This document shows positions 49,060 to 57,415 of a DNA stretch of 64,000 nt, in pieces. The DNA lies in assembly GCA_964515545.1 (NCBI GenBank), contig CAZERI010000001.1:269553-333552 (forward strand). The letters are read 5' to 3'. This stretch comes from an uncultured Gammaproteobacteria bacterium. Its GTDB lineage: Bacteria > Patescibacteriota > Microgenomatia > Levybacterales > UBA12049. The notes beneath the pieces are model-generated. The model had not been told where the DNA came from and made no database searches. It saw nothing but the letters and a program-made list of their open reading frames with translations. Within the stretch, counting starts at the first letter, position 1. The number at the start of each line of letters is the position of its first letter. The position numbers were made by a program, and so were the translations under genes.

Positions 49060-49140
49060 GATGGAAAGCTACCGGTAGGGCGGGACAAGGTGACCGGTAG
49101 CTTGGCACTTAGGAGATGCTAAGCACCAAGCTGCCGGTCA
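49060..49140. promoter_or_regulatory. Cluster of palindromic operator-like sites (AGCTACCGGTAG; GACCGGTAGCTTGGCACTTAGG-AGAT-GCTAAGCACCAAGCTGCCGGTC) upstream of the island's secreted-protein gene
   Basis: CTACCGGTAG is a perfect 10-bp palindrome. A second ACCGGTAGCT copy and a 19-bp imperfect inverted repeat lie within 70 bp. Confidence 0.4.
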
Positions 49141-49494
49141 GAGGGAGAAAGTATTGAAGTAACTCATAGGGAGACGATCTGAATAGAAGGCTGCTTTGTG
49201 GGTAGGTAAGCTTTATATCGCAAATGAGATAAGGCTAAAGCTACAGAGGGAAAGAGGCTTCTGTCCAGATAACTCCCTATGGAAAAATAGGCTGTTAAAG
49301 AGCAGTGAGATACTCTAACATATATCCTATAGTCTGTCAAGTAAAAACAGATAAATCAGAATTAGCCTCAGTCTAGATCAGACTAGGAAGGTTGTCAAGT
49401 TCAAGGTGTTTTGGGAATAAAAGATAGAGTGTTTGAGGGGAAAAGTGAGGAAAGTTGGGATGCGCCCCCGCCGAGTCTGACTCGGCGGAGGGCG

Positions 49495-49526
49495 CGAAAG
49501 AAAAAACGTAGGGTGGAAAGGCCACC
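49495..49526 (-). terminator. Rho-independent terminator for the Tat-signal gene (GGGTGG-CCTTT-CCACCC + TACGTTTTTTCTTT)
   Basis: A second GC-rich hairpin (GCGCCCTCCGCCGAGTC-AGA-CTCGGCGGGGGCGC) lies immediately distal. Confidence 0.55.
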
Positions 49527-49538
49527 CACCTTGGTTGG

Positions 49539-49844
49539 TCACCGGCTGTTGAGCTCCGCGGGGAGCTCGACGATCATGCCGGTGTCCCGCACGGAGCGGG
49601 TGCTTTCATCGATCTCGCGATGCGTCGCGGTATCGATGGTGAAGGCGGAAACGACGCCGAGCGTCCACACCCCGTTGGGGTGGTAGACGAGCGTGTGCCC
49701 GATTTCCTTCACACTGGCGTTTTCCGCGGATGCGGAATTCCCCGCCACGTTGGCAAGGACGACAGCGCCAGCAGCGCCAGCAGCGAGCTTGGCTCCGAGG
49801 CCTAGGAACGAACGACGGTTGACCGAATTGGACGTGGTGTCCAT
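49539..49844 (-). CDS. Small exported protein with twin-arginine (Tat) signal peptide, encoded in the high-GC island
   Basis: MDTTSNSVNRRSFLGLGAKLAAGAAGAVVLANVAGNSASA carries the S-R-R-x-F-L motif plus an h-region plus AxA. 101 aa, high-GC codon usage. Confidence 0.5.
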   Translation of the reverse strand: MDTTSNSVNRRSFLGLGAKLAAGAAGAVVLANVAGNSASAENASVKEIGHTLVYHPNGVWTLGVVSAFTIDTATHREIDESTRSVRDTGMIVELPAELNSR

Positions 49845-50374
49845 TGTGTTCCCCTTTCATAGGGATGAAACGATCGGACTTAGATGTCCAGTCAGCCCGC
49901 GCGTGCGAGCATGCCCCGTCCGCATGGGCTGTTGACTGTGACTTACAAGAGACAGAGAATCTCCTCTAAGCCACAGTCATTAGCTGTGTGCGGAATATAC
50001 GTTATTTTCTTTTAAAGATCATCTTCGCTACATTTAGTCATTCGCGAACGAAAGACAAACATAATGAAGATCAGAGCGTACTATAGCACAACCTATAGCA
50101 TTTGTCAAGTATATAGGTCTAATTGAGGATGAGCCAGCCTCGACAAAAGGGCTAATTTTAATACGAAGTCGGGGGGAAAAAGAGAGAAAAAGCAGTGAGA
50201 AAGGAGAAAATAGATGGTGAGCTGCTGTCTCTTGCATAGGACGTATTACCTCCTGAGTAAAGGTATAGGATGAAGTCCGGCGTAAAGAAATACTGGTTTT
50301 TTATTTTGTGTCATAGCATCCTTATTTCTAGACTATAGCACATTTTGTTAAGAATTGAGTAAAGAAAGAAAGTG

Positions 50375-51631
50375 TTATCCATTTTTATGGACAGCTTCTG
50401 ATATTTCCTTCAGACACCACTCGGAATATTTTTTATCTTTTATTTGCCCGCAGTATTTCCCTCTCGCGTTGGGGTCATTCTCCCACGAAGCCACGACACG
50501 GCCTATATGTGAAAAACATTGTTTTTGATCTTCCCTAATAATAGCAGTACAGAAATTGGTAAGCCTATCAACTTTCCCAACATACCGCGTTGCAAGAGAA
50601 CTCACGACACCTATGTTGCAGATACTGCGGTATTCAGAGGTAGGCATGAGTGAGCAGTTGTGACTCATGACTTTAACATCACTTGTTAAGCCTACCTGTC
50701 CACCTCCAATAATCTGAATACAGCCATCCTGATACTCTAAAGGAACCTTGAGGCAGAGGTCGGCAGTAGCTTTCGCATCATAGTGGGTAATAATGCTGAA
50801 ATAAGAGCTTTGGTACTCGTAGCAGAGTTTGAGATACTGGGTCGAAAGAGTATTACAAGGGTAGAGGGGATCAGTAGGACGCATCGTCTTCTCAGAGACT
50901 GAGGTAGCTGTCGAACTGGATGAGTTTTCCATAAAAACACCACTATAGCAGTGTTCTCTATTCGACACCCCAGATAATGTGTCACAAAGCGTGAGAGAAG
51001 GGATAAGGTCGTTATTAGTTATATACATGGCTGCATGTCCTAGTCCATGTTCACATTCTGCAAAGACTAAGGGGCTTAGTGAGTCTTTGTGACAAATTGA
51101 AGTGAAGGTTTTTTTGATACTTTCACCTGAGAGGTTATGATCATGTTCCTTTAAATACTCTTCAACTACTCCATGATAGCATCCTCCCTCACAGGTCGAG
51201 TTACAGCTCATGAGTGTGGTGGGTAGATTTTGAGATGTTTTGTATTCACTCCTGCCTAAGTAATGAGTTACCTGATGGCATCTGGCATAGACAGGCGGAG
51301 AGGATTCATTCGTGGCTAAAAGATCGAGAGAATCAGGTAGGGAAAAGGCTGCTTGAAGGTTATCAGCTACTTTCTGATAACAGGCGTCAGTTCCTCCTGA
51401 TGCTGTGCATGCTGCCATAAGGGACTGGATATATGCATTTTTATCTTCATTTTTTTGGTACGTATGGAGCACTGGAGGGCTTTGGCCTCTCTGGGAGGAA
51501 TTACCCAAAGAGAAGTAGTTCTCTACAGCTGAATCCTGATGGAGAAAAAATAAAAGGAAAAGAGCATTTGAAATAAGAAGAACGCAAATTCCTATGATAA
51601 GGATATGAGATTTTTTAATAGATTTTCTCAT
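50375..51631 (-). CDS. Secreted Cys/His-rich protein, paralog family member A (unknown function)
   Basis: N-terminal TM/signal (ILIIGICVLLISNALFLLFFL). The motifs are CEGGCYHGVVEEY, CEHGLGHAAMY, CYSGVFMEN and DPLYPCNTL. Start set at the internal Met (MRKSIKK) that abuts the upstream paralog's stop. Confidence 0.55.
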   Translation of the reverse strand: MRKSIKKSHILIIGICVLLISNALFLLFFLHQDSAVENYFSLGNSSQRGQSPPVLHTYQKNEDKNAYIQSLMAACTASGGTDACYQKVADNLQAAFSLPDSLDLLATNESSPPVYARCHQVTHYLGRSEYKTSQNLPTTLMSCNSTCEGGCYHGVVEEYLKEHDHNLSGESIKKTFTSICHKDSLSPLVFAECEHGLGHAAMYITNNDLIPSLTLCDTLSGVSNREHCYSGVFMENSSSSTATSVSEKTMRPTDPLYPCNTLSTQYLKLCYEYQSSYFSIITHYDAKATADLCLKVPLEYQDGCIQIIGGGQVGLTSDVKVMSHNCSLMPTSEYRSICNIGVVSSLATRYVGKVDRLTNFCTAIIREDQKQCFSHIGRVVASWENDPNARGKYCGQIKDKKYSEWCLKEISEAVHKNG

Positions 51632-52671
51632 TACGTGCGTTTGTAATTTTTTTGGATACTGGTGATATAAGTATGACAAGCTTCTTTATCTGTACCACTA
51701 AGTGAATCACAGATAAGGGAGGAGTTCTCCTGCCAGTCCTGCATATCCTGAAATATGAGTTCGCCTGCTGCAGCTGATTTGCATTGATACTCAAATTCTT
51801 TATCATGCATACTCTCACACTTAGAGATGATTTTTTCTGCATTACCCTCTGAGAGATAGACTGTCTGAAAACCTAGAGCTGTATAACAGGCTATCTTAAG
51901 ATCACGAACTGATGATTTTTGACAGGCCTTTGCTACGTCGTCGTATGATTTCTGAAATCTGTTCATCAGAACTGCTGGCTGGTTACGACCGCAGGGATAG
52001 GTATATTTAGGCTCAACTGTGTTACAAGGGTAGAGAGGATCTGAGGCTTTATAAAAAGTATCTAATGCATCTCGGGAAAATTCCATAAAGACGCCGTCAT
52101 AACAAAATTGGGTTGCACCTTCAGGCAGCTTTTCGCATGTCTTAAGAGCCTCTTTCAAGTCAGTATTTTTGAAATAACTAGCTATCCCATGTCCTATTCC
52201 GTGGATACAGCTCGCGTATGGCCCTGAACCGCTTTTTCCTACTTGCTGACAGGCTTTTTCGGCATCTTGCAGAGAAGAAAGATCAGTACGAAAAGCTCGA
52301 TCAAGTAGCCCATGATAGCAGCCAAAAGCAAAGTCAGCCGTACAAAGAGTAATACCTATGAGTCCTTTTTTCTCAAAGATGAGCTGTCCGACATAATGAG
52401 CATAGTCATGTGCCTCCAGCTGTTTGGAATTATCTTTACCATAGGTATCAATAACGTTTTGCCAGGCAGCTTCCACTCCGCTCTCATCTGCAATTTTTTT
52501 AATAGCGTTATACTCTTGGGTATTTCCGATTGCACTTTTTTCGGAGGTAGGCTTTAATGTATCTTTAGGAGCAGGTGGTTTAGTGGATGTTATGAGAATG
52601 AGGCTGCTACTGACGAGGCTTAAGATAACTACCAGGATGATAAAGGAATTCTTGTGTATTTTAATTTTCAT
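51631..52671 (-). CDS. Secreted Cys/His-rich protein, paralog family member B
   Basis: Signal (IILVVILSLVSSSLILI). The motifs are FGCYHGLLDRAF, CIHGIGHGIASYF, CYDGVFMEFS and DPLYPCNTV. Start set at MKIKIH (52671); the extended ORF reaches 52785. Confidence 0.55.
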   Translation of the reverse strand: MKIKIHKNSFIILVVILSLVSSSLILITSTKPPAPKDTLKPTSEKSAIGNTQEYNAIKKIADESGVEAAWQNVIDTYGKDNSKQLEAHDYAHYVGQLIFEKKGLIGITLCTADFAFGCYHGLLDRAFRTDLSSLQDAEKACQQVGKSGSGPYASCIHGIGHGIASYFKNTDLKEALKTCEKLPEGATQFCYDGVFMEFSRDALDTFYKASDPLYPCNTVEPKYTYPCGRNQPAVLMNRFQKSYDDVAKACQKSSVRDLKIACYTALGFQTVYLSEGNAEKIISKCESMHDKEFEYQCKSAAAGELIFQDMQDWQENSSLICDSLSGTDKEACHTYITSIQKNYKRT

Positions 52672-52696
52672 AAGCTTTGTATTAGTATAATAGTAC

Positions 52697-53860
52697 ATGA
52701 TGATAAAAAAAATCAGCCATTTTTTCAAATTGCACCTTCGCTTTCTCTTAGTTGTCCTCTTAGTAATCAATATTGGAATTATCATTACTTTCAGCTGGCG
52801 CTTGATCGAGACATCAAAAGATACAGCTGAATTGGCAACTTCTGCTCAGGCTAAAGAAATAGTAGGTATTAAGTCTACAGCTAACTCAACGCTTCAAGCC
52901 ACCCTATATCGGCAATTAATTGAGAGGGTAGGGCCAACTCAGGCTCAGGAGGATCTTTATCACTCAGGACTGCCATTTGACGGTCAGACACATCTTATCA
53001 ACCATTCTGTTGGTGACTGGCTTTATGGCAAATATGGCACGAAAGGACTTGCGTACTGTAAGGATTATTTCTTATCCTCTTGCTATCATGGCTTTTTGAT
53101 CCGATTTATAGCGGATAAAGGGATAGATGATATGGGTGAGGTGATGAAGGGGTGTTGGCAGATAGGAAGGGCTACTGCCTCACAATGTGCTCATGGAATA
53201 GGCCATGGGCTTTTGGCGTGGGATGGTTATAAAAATTTACCTGAGGCATTAGCTGATTGTGATAAAGTGGCTGACCTTTCATCAAATTTTCCCATCTATA
53301 ACTGTTATGATGGCGTCTTTATGGAAAATAACTGGGCAGTCCACAATGGAGAACCGTCACCAGATAGATGGGTAAAGGAATCTGATCCTACCTATCCTTG
53401 TTATGACGAGAGGATAGCTGAAAAATATAGGAAGGGATGTTGGTCTAATCAGCCTCAAGTCATGTATAAAATTTTTGGTGGGGACGTTACTAAAGTTGCA
53501 AAAGAGTGTGAGAATATTAAGGCTAAAGAGTATATTGATACCTGTTTTGACTCCCTGGCTCGTCAAATAAATCCTGTAGCTCAAGGAGATATAAAAAAAG
53601 TCTTTGATCTCTGTAATAAGATGCCAGTGGGCTGGAAAAATCCATGTGTCAACTCTAATGTGGGCGCTTTCTTTTCAGTAGGTGATCGTGAGCTTTCTTT
53701 CGTACTTTGTCAGATGATTCCTGAGAGTGGTGTTAAGGGGTGCTATGAGACACTTCAGCAGAAAATTAACTCTTATACGACTAACCTTGAAGAGAGAACT
53801 GATCTCTGTAAGAAAGTTCCTGCTCTATTTAGATCCGAAGCTTACTGTCCTTCTACTTAG
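52697..53860 (+). CDS. Secreted Cys/His-rich protein, paralog family member C
   Basis: Signal/TM (LLVVLLVINIGIIITF). The motifs are SSCYHGFLIRFI, CAHGIGHGLLAWDG, CYDGVFMENNW and DPTYPCYD. TATAAT at 52686-52691 lies only 5 nt before the ATG, so the transcript may be leaderless. Confidence 0.55.
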   Translation: MMIKKISHFFKLHLRFLLVVLLVINIGIIITFSWRLIETSKDTAELATSAQAKEIVGIKSTANSTLQATLYRQLIERVGPTQAQEDLYHSGLPFDGQTHLINHSVGDWLYGKYGTKGLAYCKDYFLSSCYHGFLIRFIADKGIDDMGEVMKGCWQIGRATASQCAHGIGHGLLAWDGYKNLPEALADCDKVADLSSNFPIYNCYDGVFMENNWAVHNGEPSPDRWVKESDPTYPCYDERIAEKYRKGCWSNQPQVMYKIFGGDVTKVAKECENIKAKEYIDTCFDSLARQINPVAQGDIKKVFDLCNKMPVGWKNPCVNSNVGAFFSVGDRELSFVLCQMIPESGVKGCYETLQQKINSYTTNLEERTDLCKKVPALFRSEAYCPST

Positions 53861-54353
53861 GTACATAAAGAATTCCTGAGGCCTCTTTTTTCCCGCTGCA
53901 GCCAATTCCGATAATTGAAGGGGTTCCTTCAATGAATGAAAGATCAGTTGTTATAGAGGCTTGTGCTTCAATTCTGAGAGGTTCCTGCCTGGCTAGCGTT
54001 ATATAGGTAGTGGTCTTTCCATTGTTTTTAAAGGTAATTGTAGCTGTTTTTTCGACTCTAATAATACGAGGAGATAACACACAATTATCTATCTCAATTG
54101 TAGTATCACCTACAGCAATCTGTGAGACTTTATCTTGATAAGCTTTATATTCATTTTTATTCCACGACTTGTTAGCTGACTGTAAAATTTGTGTGACAAT
54201 AGGTGAAGTCTGTTGATTGGGATAAATGAGGGAAGAGAGTGCGGGGTAGTAAAAAAAAGCTGCAACCCCGCCAAGTATGAGGTCAAGTATCAGTAAGAAT
54301 AAAAAAATGGTACGGAGGAGATGTGTACTTACCAATTTAGCAAAGGAGAGCAT
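53853..54353 (-). CDS. Hypothetical membrane-anchored protein (166 aa)
   Basis: An N-terminal TM helix (LILDLILGGVAAFFYY), then a beta-rich domain. Unassigned. Confidence 0.35.
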   Translation of the reverse strand: MLSFAKLVSTHLLRTIFLFLLILDLILGGVAAFFYYPALSSLIYPNQQTSPIVTQILQSANKSWNKNEYKAYQDKVSQIAVGDTTIEIDNCVLSPRIIRVEKTATITFKNNGKTTTYITLARQEPLRIEAQASITTDLSFIEGTPSIIGIGCSGKKEASGILYVPK

Positions 54354-54427
54354 TTCTTTATTGTAGATTCTGTAGTAAGCAAAGACAAGAAATTGTTCTT
54401 TATTCCTGGATTACCTATACTCATCTT

Positions 54428-55924
54428 ATGAGTAGGATTAAGAAAAAATATCTCATTTTTCTCATAGTTCTATTGCTCCTTATAGATATTGTTGGAGGAT
54501 TAGGCTGGTATATAGTCAATAAAAGTGACTATTTCAAAAAAGCTAAAAAACCTAATGTTATTCTTATTTCCATTGATACATTACGGCCCGACCACTTAAA
54601 AACTTACGGATATCCAAAAAATACGTCTCCTAATATTACTGCTTGGGCTAAGGAGAATGCCTACATTATGCAAAATGCCTATACATCAGTTCCTATAACC
54701 TATCCTTCATTTACCACTCTTATGACAGGTATTTCTCCCTTTGAGACACATATCTACAACAATGGTATGGTAGGAAAAGATGAAAATAATAAATTTGTTA
54801 TTTTTCCTAATCCAGGATTTAATTCAATCTCTCAGACAGCTCCAACTATTGCTTCGACTCTCCGAAGTAAAGGGTACACAACTGCGTCATTTATTGAAAA
54901 CTACGCTTTGCGAAATGACGGAACTAATCTAAGTCAGGGCTTTGATACCTATCAGGTAGCGGGAGAAAGTCGTGATACAACAAATGTCACCGATAAAGCT
55001 CTCAAATGGATGCAGACCTTTGGCCAGAGTGATACTCCTTTTTTCCTGTGGGTACATTTTTTAGACCCACATGAGACCTTTACTCCGCAGAAAGAAAATG
55101 CCTGCAGATTTAGTTTGTCTTACTGCAGGATTATTAATCAAAGAGGCATAGAAGAGTTGGCAAAAGATGCAAAAGTTCAGTCAGGCTGTCATCTTACTCC
55201 TTTATCCCATGATCAGATTGGGATTCAAGAGACACTTTATGATGGAGAAATTTATCAGACAGATAATTCTGTTGGGAAGCTCCTATCATTTATAAAGAAA
55301 AATGATCTTGATAAAAATTCAATTGTTATTCTTTATAGTGATCATGGTGAAGGTTTTGACCACAACTATTATTTTGCCCATCCGAATGTCTTGTATGAAT
55401 CGACAGTCAAGATAATGATGATGATCTCACTTCCTGGCATAAAGGCTGGTGGTAAAAAGATAGTAACTCCTGTTACGAATGCAGATGTCTATCCAACTCT
55501 GATGTCACTTCTTGGTCTATCGTCCCAGAAAAATACAGCTTCTTTTGCCCCTCTCCTAGCCAAAGATAATAAGGAGGGAAAAGACCCCTCACCAAGAACT
55601 CCTATTTTTTATATTGATCAGAATGCCAGTAAATTTGCTGTGAGAAAGGGAGACTATAAATACATCTATACCATAGCGGAAAGATCAAATAAGTGTCTTG
55701 CCCAACAGACGGAAGAGTTATATAACATCAATTCTGATCCTCATGAGACAAAAAATCTTGCGACTCAGATGAGTTCAGTGAAGGAGAGCTTAAAGTCATT
55801 ATTACTTGAGCATTTGGAAAAAACAAAAATAGTCCCTACAGAAAATCCCGAACCTACTGGTATTCGCCCTTCTACAAAACAAGAAGAAGAGGTCCTAAAA
55901 TCTATTAGAGATTTGGGATATTAG
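54428..55924 (+). CDS. Sulfatase / alkaline-phosphatase-superfamily protein, membrane-anchored
   Basis: N-terminal TM helix. ISIDTLRPDHLKTYGY is the metal-binding DxLR.D motif. VHFLDPHETF and SDHGEGF are typical sulfatase/LtaS/EptA motifs. Confidence 0.7.
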   Translation: MSRIKKKYLIFLIVLLLLIDIVGGLGWYIVNKSDYFKKAKKPNVILISIDTLRPDHLKTYGYPKNTSPNITAWAKENAYIMQNAYTSVPITYPSFTTLMTGISPFETHIYNNGMVGKDENNKFVIFPNPGFNSISQTAPTIASTLRSKGYTTASFIENYALRNDGTNLSQGFDTYQVAGESRDTTNVTDKALKWMQTFGQSDTPFFLWVHFLDPHETFTPQKENACRFSLSYCRIINQRGIEELAKDAKVQSGCHLTPLSHDQIGIQETLYDGEIYQTDNSVGKLLSFIKKNDLDKNSIVILYSDHGEGFDHNYYFAHPNVLYESTVKIMMMISLPGIKAGGKKIVTPVTNADVYPTLMSLLGLSSQKNTASFAPLLAKDNKEGKDPSPRTPIFYIDQNASKFAVRKGDYKYIYTIAERSNKCLAQQTEELYNINSDPHETKNLATQMSSVKESLKSLLLEHLEKTKIVPTENPEPTGIRPSTKQEEEVLKSIRDLGY

Positions 55925-57244
55925 CTAGTTATGTGGCATAAAGCTATTGTAATAAAGAGGCTTAATACTCTCAAAGAGAGAGAATGCTCCTGTATGGACG
56001 GGAACAGGTAGTTTCTCTGGCCAGTTGATATCAGACACAGCGTATCTACGGGCCTTAAATAAGAAGTTGTTAGGGAAGTAGCCTGTCATATCAGTTGTGT
56101 AAGGGCTTAAGAAATCCCAGACTACTTTTTTATCCTCCGTTACCTCGAAGATATGTCCTTTTGGCCCGTCAGTAATAAGTGTGTTGCCATTTGGCAGTCG
56201 CTGTGCTCCTCCCACAATAGGAGCAAAGAAACGGACTTTATCTATGACACCCTGCCCACCGTCAAATTGCCAGACTATCTTATTGGTCTTGGGATTTATT
56301 TCCACAACTCTGCTGCCAAAAGAGGGAAAAGGATTAGGGTCTCTTGCAAAGCCATTATCAAAGACTAAAATATTTCCGTTTGATAGCAGTGTGGGATCAT
56401 GCTGAGTATTAAGCATGTCCTTAGGTGATCGCCAGATAATCTCACCATCACTTTTCCGAATTATAAATACTTCATTTAGCGATCTCATGCTGACAATGAA
56501 TCCTTCAGTGCCGTCAATGGGGTTATGAGATGCGTAGGAGAGTCCGTTGGTATAGGTCCAGGCGAACTGGGGCATTGAGCTGCCTAAAAGATCCTGCGCA
56601 GGATCTAAGTGTTCGTAAGAGTGCCAAGACCAGACTACTTTTCCCTCTCTATTTATCTCAACTAAATTATCTGAAAATACAGCTCCATTGAGAGTAGTAT
56701 GAGGGACTCCTCCTTTAATCTGGTTAGCTATTTCCTGGGGAGTCTGCTCCCACAATGAGAGGAGAATATTACCATTAGGTAAATCGATAAAGTCATGATG
56801 CATAGCTTCATTTTTATATTCCCAGACTACCTTTGAGTTCCAGTCCAGCTCCTGTATTGTTCCGGTATTGCCTCCGGGAGGAAGAGGGTGGCTATAGGTG
56901 GGTGCTTCCATGACTACCAGTAAATTACCGTTTTTCCTCAGCTGTGAATAGAGAGGCTGTTTATTTGTTGTCCACGTATGAATCTTATTGCCTAGCAGAT
57001 CGAGAAGGTAGATCTCGCCTTTAAAGTGAGGGTCTGCATTGGCTATTCGATTATAAGGAGAAATTAATGTATACCCGGGGGAGACATTTTCAAGGTTAAG
57101 GATAGGGGATGTGTGGAAGCTGCTGGAGGTATTGCTGAATGGTCTTACGAGAAAAATATAACCGAGGATATAGAGGAGGAGTAGACAACAGATTGCATAA
57201 CTAAAAAGGGGAAGTATTTTTAATTGCTTTTGGTTGGTGGACAT
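55925..57244 (-). CDS. Arylsulfotransferase (ASST)-like beta-propeller protein, membrane-anchored
   Basis: N-terminal TM helix. Repeated NGN(L/I)L blades (NGNLLVV, NGNILLS, NGNILVF, NGNTLIT) with the W/D patterns of ASST-type propellers. The assignment is by pattern only. Confidence 0.45.
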   Translation of the reverse strand: MSTNQKQLKILPLFSYAICCLLLLYILGYIFLVRPFSNTSSSFHTSPILNLENVSPGYTLISPYNRIANADPHFKGEIYLLDLLGNKIHTWTTNKQPLYSQLRKNGNLLVVMEAPTYSHPLPPGGNTGTIQELDWNSKVVWEYKNEAMHHDFIDLPNGNILLSLWEQTPQEIANQIKGGVPHTTLNGAVFSDNLVEINREGKVVWSWHSYEHLDPAQDLLGSSMPQFAWTYTNGLSYASHNPIDGTEGFIVSMRSLNEVFIIRKSDGEIIWRSPKDMLNTQHDPTLLSNGNILVFDNGFARDPNPFPSFGSRVVEINPKTNKIVWQFDGGQGVIDKVRFFAPIVGGAQRLPNGNTLITDGPKGHIFEVTEDKKVVWDFLSPYTTDMTGYFPNNFLFKARRYAVSDINWPEKLPVPVHTGAFSLFESIKPLYYNSFMPHN

Positions 57245-57312
57245 TGTAGATAGTCAGAGTCATTGTTATTATGCAGCTGAGCATTCATTTTGTAAATATG
57301 CCTCGTTTCTTA

Positions 57313-57341
57313 TTGCAAAGCAATCTCAATTTAGCTATAAT
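57313..57341 (+). promoter_or_regulatory. Sigma-70 promoter for rpsB-tsf (TTGCAA-17nt-TATAAT)
   Basis: TTGCAA at 57313-57318, a 17-nt spacer, then TATAAT at 57336-57341. Confidence 0.5.
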
Positions 57342-57415
57342 ACTTTCTATCACACACATCCGGTTGATGTCCTTGCCAAATTACAACTGACCGGATGGCG
57401 GAAAAAGGACACACT

